Shown: positions 46,204-54,297 of the stretch, one piece after another
How positions within the stretch are numbered: position 1 is the first letter of the stretch
Layout: the number at the start of each line of letters is the position of its first letter
Assembly (NCBI GenBank): GCA_964523705.1
Contig: CAZFYA010000002.1
Location: 47,114-111,113, forward strand
DNA length: 64,000 nt
Direction of reading: 5' to 3'
Origin: an uncultured Gammaproteobacteria bacterium
Lineage (GTDB): Bacteria > Patescibacteriota > Microgenomatia > Levybacterales > UBA12049
Notes under the pieces: model-generated
Database searches by the model: none
Told to the model about the DNA's origin: nothing
What the model saw: only the letters and a program-made list of their open reading frames with translations
Made by a program: the position numbers and the translations under genes

Positions 46204-46274
46204 GCGGGCGATGGGGATCGAACCCACTGCCTTCTCCTTGGCAAGGAGACGTTCTACCGATGAACTACGCCCGC
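46204..46274 (-). tRNA. tRNA-Gly (anticodon GCC)
   Basis: Reverse complement is GCGGGCGTAGTTCATCGGTAGAACGTCTCCTTGCCAAGGAGAAGGCAGTGGGTTCGATCCCCATCGCCCGCT. Anticodon loop TTGCCAA. Confidence 0.8.
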
Positions 46275-46317
46275 TTCTTCGCTGCGCTCATCAGCGCAAG
46301 CGTATTTTCTTCGCTTC

Positions 46318-46572
46318 TCAAGACAAACTTGCAAGCGAAATTAATTTTTCCTTTTTGCTTTTTCTCCAACCTTTTATTTCTCTTTCTCTTTTTAATGCTT
46401 CACTTAAGCTAGGCAAAATTTCTTTATATACCAATGTTGCTGGCAATTTTCCTTTAATCGATTTTGCGCCTAATTTACTAGTATTATGTTCTATAATTCG
46501 TTTTTCTAAATTACTTGTAAATCCTGTATACAAAGAATCATCTTTGCATCTAACTATATATACATAATACAT
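46318..46572 (-). CDS. GIY-YIG nuclease-superfamily small protein (second copy)
   Basis: MYYVYIVRCKDDSLYTGFTSNLEKRIIEHN. The true start is at 46572. The track ORF extension to 46665 reads through tRNA-Phe. Confidence 0.75.
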   Translation of the reverse strand: MYYVYIVRCKDDSLYTGFTSNLEKRIIEHNTSKLGAKSIKGKLPATLVYKEILPSLSEALKREREIKGWRKSKKEKLISLASLS

Positions 46573-46620
46573 AAGCCATGTTTCAGTGCCTGCACTGAGG
46601 TCATTTTCAAATGACCGAAG

Positions 46621-46693
46621 TGCCGAGAGAGTGAGTCGAACACTCATCTGATGTTCTTCAGACACCCGCCGTGACCACCTTGGCTATCTCGGC
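46621..46693 (-). tRNA. tRNA-Phe (anticodon GAA), non-canonical D-arm
   Basis: Reverse complement is GCCGAGATAGCCAAGGTGGTCACGGCGGGTGTCTGAAGAACATCAGATGAGTGTTCGACTCACTCTCTCGGCA. Perfect acceptor and T-arm. Anticodon loop CTGAAGA. The D-stem has a mismatch. Confidence 0.6.
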
Positions 46694-46725
46694 AAAAGTT
46701 TAATTATTATACAACATTTAATTTG

Positions 46726-46799
46726 TGGGCTCTAGAGGACTTGAACCTCTGACCTCTTCGGTGTAAACGAAGCGCTCTAGCCAGCTGAGCTAAGAGCCC
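46726..46799 (-). tRNA. tRNA-Val (anticodon UAC)
   Basis: Reverse complement is GGGCTCTTAGCTCAGCTGGCTAGAGCGCTTCGTTTACACCGAAGAGGTCAGAGGTTCAAGTCCTCTAGAGCCCA. Confidence 0.85.
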
Positions 46800-46804
46800 T
46801 TTTG

Positions 46805-46891
46805 TGCCGAGGACAGGACTTGAACCTGCACGCCTTTTTAAAGGGCACAAGAACCTCAATCTTGCGTGTATACCAGTTTCACCACCTCGGC
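46805..46891 (-). tRNA. tRNA-Leu (anticodon GAG)
   Basis: Reverse complement is GCCGAGGTGGTGAAACTGGTATACACGCAAGATTGAGGTTCTTGTGCCCTTTAAAAAGGCGTGCAGGTTCAAGTCCTGTCCTCGGCA. Long variable arm. Confidence 0.8.
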
Positions 46892-46917
46892 GTGTAAGTA
46901 TTTTACCACAAAGAATG

Positions 46918-47000
46918 TGCCCAAGGGGAGATTCGAACTCCCATACTCTCTCGAGTACTAACTCCTGAAGCTAGCGCGTCTACCGTTTCGCCACCTGGGC
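46918..47000 (-). tRNA. tRNA-Leu (anticodon CAG)
   Basis: Reverse complement is GCCCAGGTGGCGAAACGGTAGACGCGCTAGCTTCAGGAGTTAGTACTCGAGAGAGTATGGGAGTTCGAATCTCCCCTTGGGCA. Long variable arm. Confidence 0.8.
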
Positions 47001-47072
47001 AAGAATACATTGCTATTTTAACAAACCTAAAATCACTTGACAATTGAAGCTTAAATATGTAAGTATTAAGTA

Positions 47073-47654
47073 GTGATGAAGAAGCTTATTTTGCTTTGCT
47101 GTTCCTTTATCATCACTCCACTAACACTGGTATTCTGCATTCTATACTATTCTCACTTAACCAGTAATTTAAATGATTTTAGATTCCTAAAAGATACATA
47201 TTCATCTAAAGTAGCCTTTGCAGCCTTGCCTCAAGCTGAAAACGTAACAGAAGACACTGTAATCCAAAAAGACGCCAGAATAGAGACTCTAGAGCGCTTC
47301 CTAGATAGATATAACTCTGAACTTAAACCCTATGCCTATGACATTATTGCTGCAGCTGACAGATATGGTATTGATTTTAGACTCTTACCGGCAATAGGTA
47401 TGCAGGAATCAAATCTTTGCAAAAAAGCCCCTAAAGACTCATATAATTGCTGGGGGTTTGGAATATATGGTGGAAAAGTAACTAAATTTTCAGGCTACAG
47501 AGAGGCCATAGACACTGTTACAAAAACACTGGCTAATGACTATAAAGGAGAAGGTTTACACACCACAGAGGAGATTATGGCCAGGTACACGCCCTCAAAT
47601 GAAGGGGATTGGGCAAAAAGCGTTAACTACTTCATGGAACAACTTCAATATTAG
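47073..47654 (+). CDS. Secreted glucosaminidase-like (peptidoglycan hydrolase-like) domain protein, paralog 1
   Basis: Signal/TM anchor. LLPAIGMQESNLC...YNCWGFGIYGG resembles a FlgJ-type glucosaminidase/muramidase domain. Confidence 0.4.
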   Translation: MMKKLILLCCSFIITPLTLVFCILYYSHLTSNLNDFRFLKDTYSSKVAFAALPQAENVTEDTVIQKDARIETLERFLDRYNSELKPYAYDIIAAADRYGIDFRLLPAIGMQESNLCKKAPKDSYNCWGFGIYGGKVTKFSGYREAIDTVTKTLANDYKGEGLHTTEEIMARYTPSNEGDWAKSVNYFMEQLQY

Positions 47655-47669
47655 CTTATAGTTAGGGGC

Positions 47670-47698
47670 TTGACAAACCTATAGTCATGTGATATACT
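47670..47698 (+). promoter_or_regulatory. Consensus sigma-70 promoter (TTGACA-17-TATACT) for paralog 2
   Basis: TTGACA at 47670-47675 and TATACT at 47693-47698. Confidence 0.55.
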
Positions 47699-47707
47699 CC
47701 GTTTCAG

Positions 47708-47752
47708 ATCCTAAGGTATGCCCTTCCAAATGCATACGTTAGGATTTTTTTT
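47708..47752 (+). terminator. Hairpin plus T8 tract (terminator/attenuator) located between the promoter and the start codon of paralog 2
   Basis: GATCCTAAGGTATGC-ccttccaaat-GCATACGTTAGGAT followed by TTTTTTTT. Start codon at 47774. Confidence 0.5.
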
Positions 47753-47773
47753 GGACTTTTTGGGTAAACCAAT

Positions 47774-48325
47774 ATGAAACAAAAAATTCTTATAACAACA
47801 CTTATAGTTCTTACATTTCTTTTCCTTGGCAAGGATTTTGCTTTTGCTGAGGAAAAAACTGTGTCAGCAAGAATTGAAACAAAGCTTGCAAAAACTGAGT
47901 ATGATTATCGTGCTGATATTTTAAGAGGATATTTAAATCAATATAACTCTCCTTTAGCTGATAATGCAGAGGATTTTGTAAAATACGCTGATATGTATGA
48001 CCTTGACTGGAGATTTGTTGCTGCTATTTCAGGAGTAGAGTCTACTTTTGGTCATCAAATACCTGCTAACTCATATAACGGATGGGGTTGGGGAGTATAT
48101 GGAGGAAATGTAACCAGGTTTACATCTTGGGAAGATGGTATTGAAACCATTTCTAAAGGTTTAAGAGAAAATTATATGGACAAATGGGGAGCAACTAATG
48201 TTTATGAAATAGGTAGTATTTATGCTGCTTCTCCAACCTGGGCACAAAGAGTTGAAGGCTTTATGTATCAAATTCAAGTGTACTCACTAAAAAATCCTAG
48301 AAACGCCCTTTCGCTTACAATCTAA
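47774..48325 (+). CDS. Secreted glucosaminidase-like domain protein, paralog 2
   Basis: LDWRFVAAISGVESTFGHQ...YNGWGWGVYGG. Same domain as 47073-47654. Confidence 0.4.
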   Translation: MKQKILITTLIVLTFLFLGKDFAFAEEKTVSARIETKLAKTEYDYRADILRGYLNQYNSPLADNAEDFVKYADMYDLDWRFVAAISGVESTFGHQIPANSYNGWGWGVYGGNVTRFTSWEDGIETISKGLRENYMDKWGATNVYEIGSIYAASPTWAQRVEGFMYQIQVYSLKNPRNALSLTI

Positions 48326-48349
48326 TTTTTGTATAATAGGGGTTGGTAA

Positions 48350-48433
48350 GCGGACGTGGTGGAATGGTAGACACGCAAGGTTTAGGACCTTGTGGCTTAA
48401 TAAGCTGTGGGGGTTCAAATCCCTTCGTCCGCA
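48350..48433 (+). tRNA. tRNA-Leu (anticodon UAG)
   Basis: GCGGACGTGGTGGAATGGTAGACACGCAAGGTTTAGGACCTTGTGGCTTAATAAGCTGTGGGGGTTCAAATCCCTTCGTCCGCA. Preceded by TATAAT at 48333. Confidence 0.8.
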
Positions 48434-48449
48434 CCGATAGATAAAATTT

Positions 48450-49277
48450 ATGATTTCAGCTATTGAAAAACAAGATAACGGAAACATTAAATTAACAATT
48501 ACTGTACCATGGGCAGATATTGCAAAAGTAAAATCAGATATTGTTGATGAAATGGTAAAAAATACTCAGCTTCCAGGCTTTAGAAAAGGAAAAGCACCTA
48601 AAAAACTGGTTGAAGAAAAGCTCTCTGAGGAAAAAATTAACGAGGAAATATTTAAAAAGATTCTTCCTCAAGGCTATGTTGAAGCTGTAAAAGAACATAA
48701 ATTGAATCCGGTTATTTCACCAAGAATTCAAATCGGAAAACTTGAGAAAGATAAGGACTTTCAGTTTATTGCCACAACCTGTGAAGCACCAAAAGTTGAA
48801 CTTGGAAATTACAAGGAAAATATTAAAAAAATTAATGCAAAATCAAAAATTGTAATTCCCGGAAAAGAACCAACCTCGCCAAACCTTGAAGAAATAATTA
48901 AAGAGTTGTTAAACAGTGCAAAGTTGAAAATTCCTCAAATCATTATTGATTCTGAAACCGAAAGGCTTTTAGCACAAACCTTAGATGAGATTAAACGACT
49001 AGGCTTAACTCTTGATCAATATTTAGCTTCAAGCAATAAAACAGCTGAAAAACTTAAAGAAGAATACGAATTAAAGGCTAAAAATGACATTAGTTTTGAG
49101 TTTATCTTAAGACAAATTGCCGAGGATGAGAAGATTTCAGTTGAAGAAAAAGAAATTGATGAAGCTATAAGCCAGGGAAAGAGTGAAGAGGAAAAGAAAA
49201 ATCTTGCCTCAAACAGATATTTACTGGCCAGTATTATAAGACAGCAAAAAACACTTGATTTCCTTAAAAACCTGTGA
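48450..49277 (+). CDS. tig: Trigger factor, short form (ribosome-binding and C-terminal arms; PPIase domain apparently absent)
   Basis: 275 aa. GFRKGKAP signature of the trigger factor N-domain. Starts 17 nt after tRNA-Leu. Confidence 0.75.
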   Translation: MISAIEKQDNGNIKLTITVPWADIAKVKSDIVDEMVKNTQLPGFRKGKAPKKLVEEKLSEEKINEEIFKKILPQGYVEAVKEHKLNPVISPRIQIGKLEKDKDFQFIATTCEAPKVELGNYKENIKKINAKSKIVIPGKEPTSPNLEEIIKELLNSAKLKIPQIIIDSETERLLAQTLDEIKRLGLTLDQYLASSNKTAEKLKEEYELKAKNDISFEFILRQIAEDEKISVEEKEIDEAISQGKSEEEKKNLASNRYLLASIIRQQKTLDFLKNL

Positions 49278-49293
49278 TATAACGGGGGTTGTT

Positions 49294-49920
49294 ATGGCCA
49301 AAGTTAAAACAAGGCAACACGACAAAATTGAGGAAGACTCCATTGAGGCATTAAGAGGCTTGGGAAAAGGCGTTGCTAAATCATTTAAAGAAGATCTTGT
49401 TCAAGAATCAATCCATGATATCTGGAAACAACTTTTATCAGTAAGAGGAGAGCAAACTCGAAACACTTCAGGCGACTTAATTGAGGGAGAAGAAATTAAC
49501 TTCAAAAAAGAAGAGACTAAGAAAAATGTAAGAGTTGAAGCTGGAATTGATTACAGAAGTGAAATCCTCCACGCTGAAAAAAGAGCAAGAAGAGAACAGG
49601 ATCAAGTACTTCTTCAAAGAGTTGAAGAGATTGTTGTTGAACTTAAAAAACTATCTAAAACTTCAAAAACACTTGAAGTACAATTTAGAGGGATTACCCA
49701 GATTTCAACACCTAAGACTCCAGGTAAATACCATCAGAACTTTTTTGAATGGATGCTTTCAGTTGTTAAAACAGCCAGGGTTAGAGTTGAAAGCGCTGAA
49801 CAATGGCTAAAAGCAATTAGTGGTAAAGGTAAAAGAAAAGATTACTGGGGATTATATAAAAAACACGGTACAAGCTACGGCTTATCAGGTGAAAGAGCGG
49901 TTGCTCAACAAACAGGTTAA
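49294..49920 (+). CDS. Hypothetical protein (208 aa)
   Basis: RBS gggggttgtt precedes ATG at 49294. Charged and helical. No family recognised. Confidence 0.4.
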   Translation: MAKVKTRQHDKIEEDSIEALRGLGKGVAKSFKEDLVQESIHDIWKQLLSVRGEQTRNTSGDLIEGEEINFKKEETKKNVRVEAGIDYRSEILHAEKRARREQDQVLLQRVEEIVVELKKLSKTSKTLEVQFRGITQISTPKTPGKYHQNFFEWMLSVVKTARVRVESAEQWLKAISGKGKRKDYWGLYKKHGTSYGLSGERAVAQQTG

Positions 49921-49977
49921 CATTTTAGCTACAATTGCCACTTATTATTTTTCCTGTTATAATTTAGCTTAGGTTTT

Positions 49978-50051
49978 GGGCCCATAGCTCAGTTGGTTAG
50001 AGCGTTCGCTTGACGTGCGAAAGGTCAGAGGTTCGAGCCCCCTTGGGCCCA
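49978..50051 (+). tRNA. tRNA-Val (anticodon GAC)
   Basis: GGGCCCATAGCTCAGTTGGTTAGAGCGTTCGCTTGACGTGCGAAAGGTCAGAGGTTCGAGCCCCCTTGGGCCCA. Preceded by TATAAT. Confidence 0.8.
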
Positions 50052-50059
50052 CTTGTATT

Positions 50060-50632
50060 ATGGACAGAAACACTGCATATCAATTATTAACTCAACTCGT
50101 AAAGAATAAAAACCTTCTAAAACATCATTTGGCTACGGAGGCAGTAATGAAAGCACTGTACGTAAAGCTTAATCCAAATAGGAATCCTCAAGATGAGGAA
50201 AAATGGGGACTTGTGGGGTTACTTCATGATGCAGATTATGAATTATCCAAAAATCATCCTGAAAAACACTCTCTAATTTTAGAGGAAAAAATCGGAAACC
50301 AATTACCCCCAGATGTACTATACGCAATTAAAGCCCATGCGTTTCAATACAATGGAGTAGCGCCAAAATCCAAAATGGACTGGGCAATGTATACATCAGA
50401 TGAACTAACCGGTCTAATTATTGCCGCTATGCTTATCCACCCTGATAAAAAATTATCTTCTCTAACTACTGATTTTATTTTAAACAGGTTTAAAGACCAA
50501 AACTTTGCTAAAGGAGCAGCAAGGGAACAGATAAAAATGTGTGAGGAAAGACTTAATATTCCCTTAAATGAATTTATTGATATTTGTCTTAAAGCCATGC
50601 AGCAAATTGCACCACAACTTGAAGCAAAATAA
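50060..50632 (+). CDS. HD-domain phosphohydrolase
   Basis: HHLATEAVMKAL...GLLHDADYE (H..HD). Start at MDRNTAYQ (50060), immediately after tRNA-Val. The track ORF start overlaps the tRNA. Confidence 0.6.
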   Translation: MDRNTAYQLLTQLVKNKNLLKHHLATEAVMKALYVKLNPNRNPQDEEKWGLVGLLHDADYELSKNHPEKHSLILEEKIGNQLPPDVLYAIKAHAFQYNGVAPKSKMDWAMYTSDELTGLIIAAMLIHPDKKLSSLTTDFILNRFKDQNFAKGAAREQIKMCEERLNIPLNEFIDICLKAMQQIAPQLEAK

Positions 50633-50670
50633 TTGACAAACAACCTCAACTTCCTTATGCTTTAAATAGA

Positions 50671-50901
50671 ATGGAAAGACACGAACAAGTTAACACAAAC
50701 AAAAAAAGACTAATTGTAAATAATTTTATCGGTGGAATATCCTGGGGATTAGGAGCAACAATCGGAGTAACAATAATTGTTGGAATAATTACATACATAT
50801 TAAGAGTTGTTAATCTTGTACCGTTTTTAGGAGAGGTTGCAACGCAAGTTACCACAATAGTTTTAAAAAATTTACAATCAGCTCCGTATTTGCTAAAATA
50901 G
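50671..50901 (+). CDS. Small two-TM membrane protein (76 aa)
   Basis: Plus-strand ORF with two hydrophobic helices just upstream of thrS. The overlapping minus-strand ORF 50655-50936 is judged spurious. Confidence 0.35.
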   Translation: MERHEQVNTNKKRLIVNNFIGGISWGLGATIGVTIIVGIITYILRVVNLVPFLGEVATQVTTIVLKNLQSAPYLLK

Positions 50902-50907
50902 CCAACC

Positions 50908-52143
50908 ATGAATAGCCAAAAACTAAAAGACCACAAACAAATAGGACAAGAACAGGAACTGTTTTTTAGCCATGATTATGCACCGGGTGCACCATTCTGG
51001 CTACCAAACGGCATGGTTCTTTTTAAAGAACTTGAAAAATACATCAGAGAATTAACTGATAAAAAAGGGTATAAGGAAACCTCAACTCCGATAATGATTA
51101 AGTCAAAACTTTTTAAAGAGTCAGGACATTGGACAAAGTTTGGAGAGCATAATATGTACAATCTTATCTTGGCTGATGATGAGAATGATAAACATCCTGA
51201 AAGCTATACCATAAAACCAATGAATTGTCCTGAAGCTACTATTATATATCGCTTTAGGCCAAGAACATATAAAGAGCTTCCTTTAAGGCTATCAGAGCTT
51301 GGAAGACTTCACAGAAGAGAAAAAAGCGGGGAAGTAAACGGACTGCTTAGAGTAAGACAATTAACCATGGATGATGCACACATTTTTGCTACTGAAGATC
51401 AGATTATTGATGAGGTTGTAAGCATTTTAGACACAATGATTACCTTTTATAATAGCTTTAACTTTAAGTATGAATTTTGTCTTGCTACAAGGCCTGAAGT
51501 TTTTGCAGGATCTGTTAAAAACTGGGAAAAGGCAGAAAAAGATTTAGAAGAAGCGCTAAAAGTTAAAAAAATTAAGTATAAAGTAAAAGAAAAAGACGGA
51601 GCATTTTACGGACCAAAAATTGACATGCATATAAAAGATTCCCTAGATAGAGATTGGCAATTAGCAACAGTGCAGCTTGATTTTCATATGCCTGAAGCCT
51701 TTAAGCTTTCATATATTAACAAAGATGGCAAAAAGGAAAAACCGGTAATGATTCATCGGGCAATCTTTGGTTCATTTGAGCGTTTTTTGGCAATTTTAAC
51801 CGAGCATTATCAGGGAGCTTTTCCGCTCTGGCTTTCACCTGTTCAAGTAAAACTTATTCCAATAACCGAAAAACACGTAGAATATGCAAGAAAAATTGAA
51901 AAAAAATTAAATGAGGAAAATATAAGGGTTGAGGTTGATGACCGCTCTGAAACCATGCAATCAAAAATAAGGCAAGCTACTTTACAAAAAGTACCCTATA
52001 TGGGTATAATAGGGGACAAAGAAGTAGAAAGTGGTAACACTTACTCAATTTCAATTAGAACAAGAGATGGGAAAGATTTAGGTATTCTAAGTCTTTCTCA
52101 ATTTTTAAGTAGGGTAAAAGAAGAAATTGATAAAAAGACATAG
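50908..52143 (+). CDS. thrS: Threonyl-tRNA synthetase, short form lacking the N-terminal TGS/editing domains
   Basis: 411 aa. Class II motifs (FWLPNGMVLF, HRREKSGEVNGLLRVRQLTMDDAHIF). Zn-binding Cys (MNCPEA). C-terminal anticodon-binding domain. Confidence 0.9.
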   Translation: MNSQKLKDHKQIGQEQELFFSHDYAPGAPFWLPNGMVLFKELEKYIRELTDKKGYKETSTPIMIKSKLFKESGHWTKFGEHNMYNLILADDENDKHPESYTIKPMNCPEATIIYRFRPRTYKELPLRLSELGRLHRREKSGEVNGLLRVRQLTMDDAHIFATEDQIIDEVVSILDTMITFYNSFNFKYEFCLATRPEVFAGSVKNWEKAEKDLEEALKVKKIKYKVKEKDGAFYGPKIDMHIKDSLDRDWQLATVQLDFHMPEAFKLSYINKDGKKEKPVMIHRAIFGSFERFLAILTEHYQGAFPLWLSPVQVKLIPITEKHVEYARKIEKKLNEENIRVEVDDRSETMQSKIRQATLQKVPYMGIIGDKEVESGNTYSISIRTRDGKDLGILSLSQFLSRVKEEIDKKT

Positions 52144-52717
52144 AAAAAGACCAGAGGAAAAAAGATTTTATAGAACCAATCATCAGATTGGTGCTTTAAC
52201 GCTTCGTGTATTGGACAGCGAAGGAAAACAAATAGGAGTTTTAAAAAAATACGAAGCGCTTGAGATGGCCAAAAGTCAAGAATTAGACTTGGTTGAAATT
52301 GCCCCAAAGGCAAATCCACCAGTCGCAAAAATAATTGACTTTAAAAAATTTCTATATCAAGAATCAAAGAAGAAACGGGAAGAGAAAAGAAAAGCAAAAA
52401 ATACTGACACTAAAGAGGTAAGACTTGGACCATTAATGGACGATCACGACTTAATGGTTATGGTTAATAGAGCAAGAGGATTCTTAGAAGACGGGGATAA
52501 GGTAAAATTTGTAATGCGATTTGCAGGAAGACAAATAACACATCCTGAAATCGGAGAAGAAGTATTAAACAGGGCAATAAAGGAATTAGAAGATGTTTCA
52601 AAAATAGAGCGGGAAAAACACTTTGAGGGAAGGCAAATGATTAGTGTTTTATCGCCAGAAAGGAAAAACAAAGATGTCAAAGAAAAAAATCAAGAAATCA
52701 GTTCGCAAAAGATTTAA
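52127..52717 (+). CDS. infC: Translation initiation factor IF-3
   Basis: INHQIGALTLRVLDSEGKQIGVL and the C-domain VKFVMRFAGRQITHPEIG. Start uncertain (infC often uses a non-canonical start); it overlaps the thrS 3' end. Confidence 0.85.
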   Translation: MIKRHRKRPEEKRFYRTNHQIGALTLRVLDSEGKQIGVLKKYEALEMAKSQELDLVEIAPKANPPVAKIIDFKKFLYQESKKKREEKRKAKNTDTKEVRLGPLMDDHDLMVMVNRARGFLEDGDKVKFVMRFAGRQITHPEIGEEVLNRAIKELEDVSKIEREKHFEGRQMISVLSPERKNKDVKEKNQEISSQKI

Positions 52718-52871
52718 GGTAACAAAAAGAGGAAAAGTTATCTTTTCTCATCAATATAAAAGCCACCTTAAAGCCAATAAGTCAAAGTCAAGATTAAGAA
52801 GGCAAAAAGAGCCAGGTATAATGAAAGGCAAGTTTGCTAAGAAAATAAAAAAGATGTTAGGAGAAGCTTAA
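52674..52871 (+). CDS. rpmI: 50S ribosomal protein L35
   Basis: MSKKKIKKSVRKRFKVTKRGKV. RBS AGGA. ATG at 52674 (the track ORF starts at an upstream GTG). Confidence 0.9.
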   Translation: MSKKKIKKSVRKRFKVTKRGKVIFSHQYKSHLKANKSKSRLRRQKEPGIMKGKFAKKIKKMLGEA

Positions 52872-52872
52872 T

Positions 52873-53217
52873 ATGGCAAGAATAAAAAGAGGAAAAATAT
52901 CAAGAAGGAAACATAATAAATTATTAAAGTCTGTTAAGGGTTATAGGGGAACCAAGAGCCGCTTAACAAAAGTAGCTAAAGAAGCAAGTCTTCATGCCGG
53001 AGCATATGCGTATCACGGCAGAAAGCTTAAAAAAAGAGACTTTCGAAGACTTTGGATTTTAAGAATTAGTGAAGCTTGTAAAAAAGAGGGTATTTCTTAC
53101 AGTAAGTTTATAAACGCATTAAAAAAGAAAAAAATAGAACTGGATAGAAAAATTCTAGCAGATCTTATCTTAAACGACCCAAAAACTTTTTCAGAAATTG
53201 TAAAAGCCGCTAAATAA
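52873..53217 (+). CDS. rplT: 50S ribosomal protein L20
   Basis: MARIKRGKISRRKHNKLLKSVKGYRG: canonical L20. Confidence 0.95.
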   Translation: MARIKRGKISRRKHNKLLKSVKGYRGTKSRLTKVAKEASLHAGAYAYHGRKLKKRDFRRLWILRISEACKKEGISYSKFINALKKKKIELDRKILADLILNDPKTFSEIVKAAK

Positions 53218-53263
53218 CCCTTAAGCCTTTTTTACCGTAATTAACCCTGCTATAATTAAGCTT

Positions 53264-54295
53264 ATGGAAGAGAAATTAATCTCAATTAAGAATTCTGCAG
53301 TGTCTTTAATAATTGACGCTTGTGACTTAAAAGAATTACAAGAGCTTGAGATACAATTTTTAGGAAGAAACGGAAGCTTAACAAAAGCAATTAAGGAAAT
53401 TTCAAAGCTACCAATTGAAAAACGACCGGAAATTGGCGCTTTAGCAAATGAAGTTAAAAAAATTCTTGAGGAAACACTTGCTAATCGAAAAAAAGAACTG
53501 GCTGAAATTAAAACAAAAAAAGCCAGAAAAAAAATTGACTACAGTAACCCCTCAATTTTACCCCCACTTGGCCACTTACATTTAATCACTCAGGCGGTTG
53601 AGGAAATTGTTTCAATTTTTGAAAAAATCGGCTTTACAAAGGTTAAACATCCCGAAATTGAACTGGACTGGTATGCATTTGAGGCGTTAAATTTTCCAAA
53701 AGACCATCCGGCAAGAGATGACTGGGAAACCTTTTTTATAAAACAAGATGGTGGTAAAGACAGTGAAATTGTTTTAACACCACACACCTCATCCGGACAG
53801 ATTAGGGAAATGGAGGAAAAAAAACTACCAATTAGAATGTTAAACATTGCCAAATGCTACAGACGTCAGGCTGATGTTTCACATACACCAATGTTTCACC
53901 AATTTGAAGGTTTAGTAGTTGATAAAAACATTTCTCTTTCTCATCTTAAAGGAACCTTGGATTTTTTTGTTAAGTCATATTTTGGAAAGAGTAGGAAATC
54001 AAGGATAAGACCTTATCAATTTCAATTTACTGAACCATCGTTGGAAGTTGATGTTTCCTGCGGAGTATGTAAAGGGAAGGGCTGCAGACTTTGTAAAGAG
54101 GGTTGGCTTGAATTAGGCGGAGCAGGAATGGTTCATCCAAATGTTTTAAAAAATGTAAAAATTGATCCTGAAATTTATAGCGGGTTTGCCTTTGGCTGGG
54201 GAATTGAAAGAGTATTAATGATGAAAGAGGGAATGGAAATTGACGATATAAGATTATTGTATTCAAATAAACTTGAATTTTTAGAACAATTTTAA
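53264..54295 (+). CDS. pheS: Phenylalanyl-tRNA synthetase alpha subunit
   Basis: FPKDHPARD, class II motifs, GWGIERVLMM. Confidence 0.95.
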   Translation: MEEKLISIKNSAVSLIIDACDLKELQELEIQFLGRNGSLTKAIKEISKLPIEKRPEIGALANEVKKILEETLANRKKELAEIKTKKARKKIDYSNPSILPPLGHLHLITQAVEEIVSIFEKIGFTKVKHPEIELDWYAFEALNFPKDHPARDDWETFFIKQDGGKDSEIVLTPHTSSGQIREMEEKKLPIRMLNIAKCYRRQADVSHTPMFHQFEGLVVDKNISLSHLKGTLDFFVKSYFGKSRKSRIRPYQFQFTEPSLEVDVSCGVCKGKGCRLCKEGWLELGGAGMVHPNVLKNVKIDPEIYSGFAFGWGIERVLMMKEGMEIDDIRLLYSNKLEFLEQF

Positions 54296-54297
54296 TT

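Noticed and set aside
46573-46665. N-terminal 31-aa extension of the GIY-YIG ORF (track ORF 46318-46665)
   Set aside because: The extension is an open frame through the tRNA-Phe gene (46621-46693). The conserved GIY-YIG N-terminus begins at the internal Met at 46572.
48287-48487. Minus-strand ORF 48287-48487 (66 aa)
   Set aside because: It overlaps tRNA-Leu(UAG) and the start of tig.
50655-50936. Minus-strand 93-aa ORF versus plus-strand 76-aa ORF in the thrS upstream region
   Set aside because: The two are mutually exclusive. The plus-strand ORF encodes a clean two-TM protein co-oriented with thrS. The minus-strand ORF is Cys- and Phe-rich and was judged less likely. Neither is certain.
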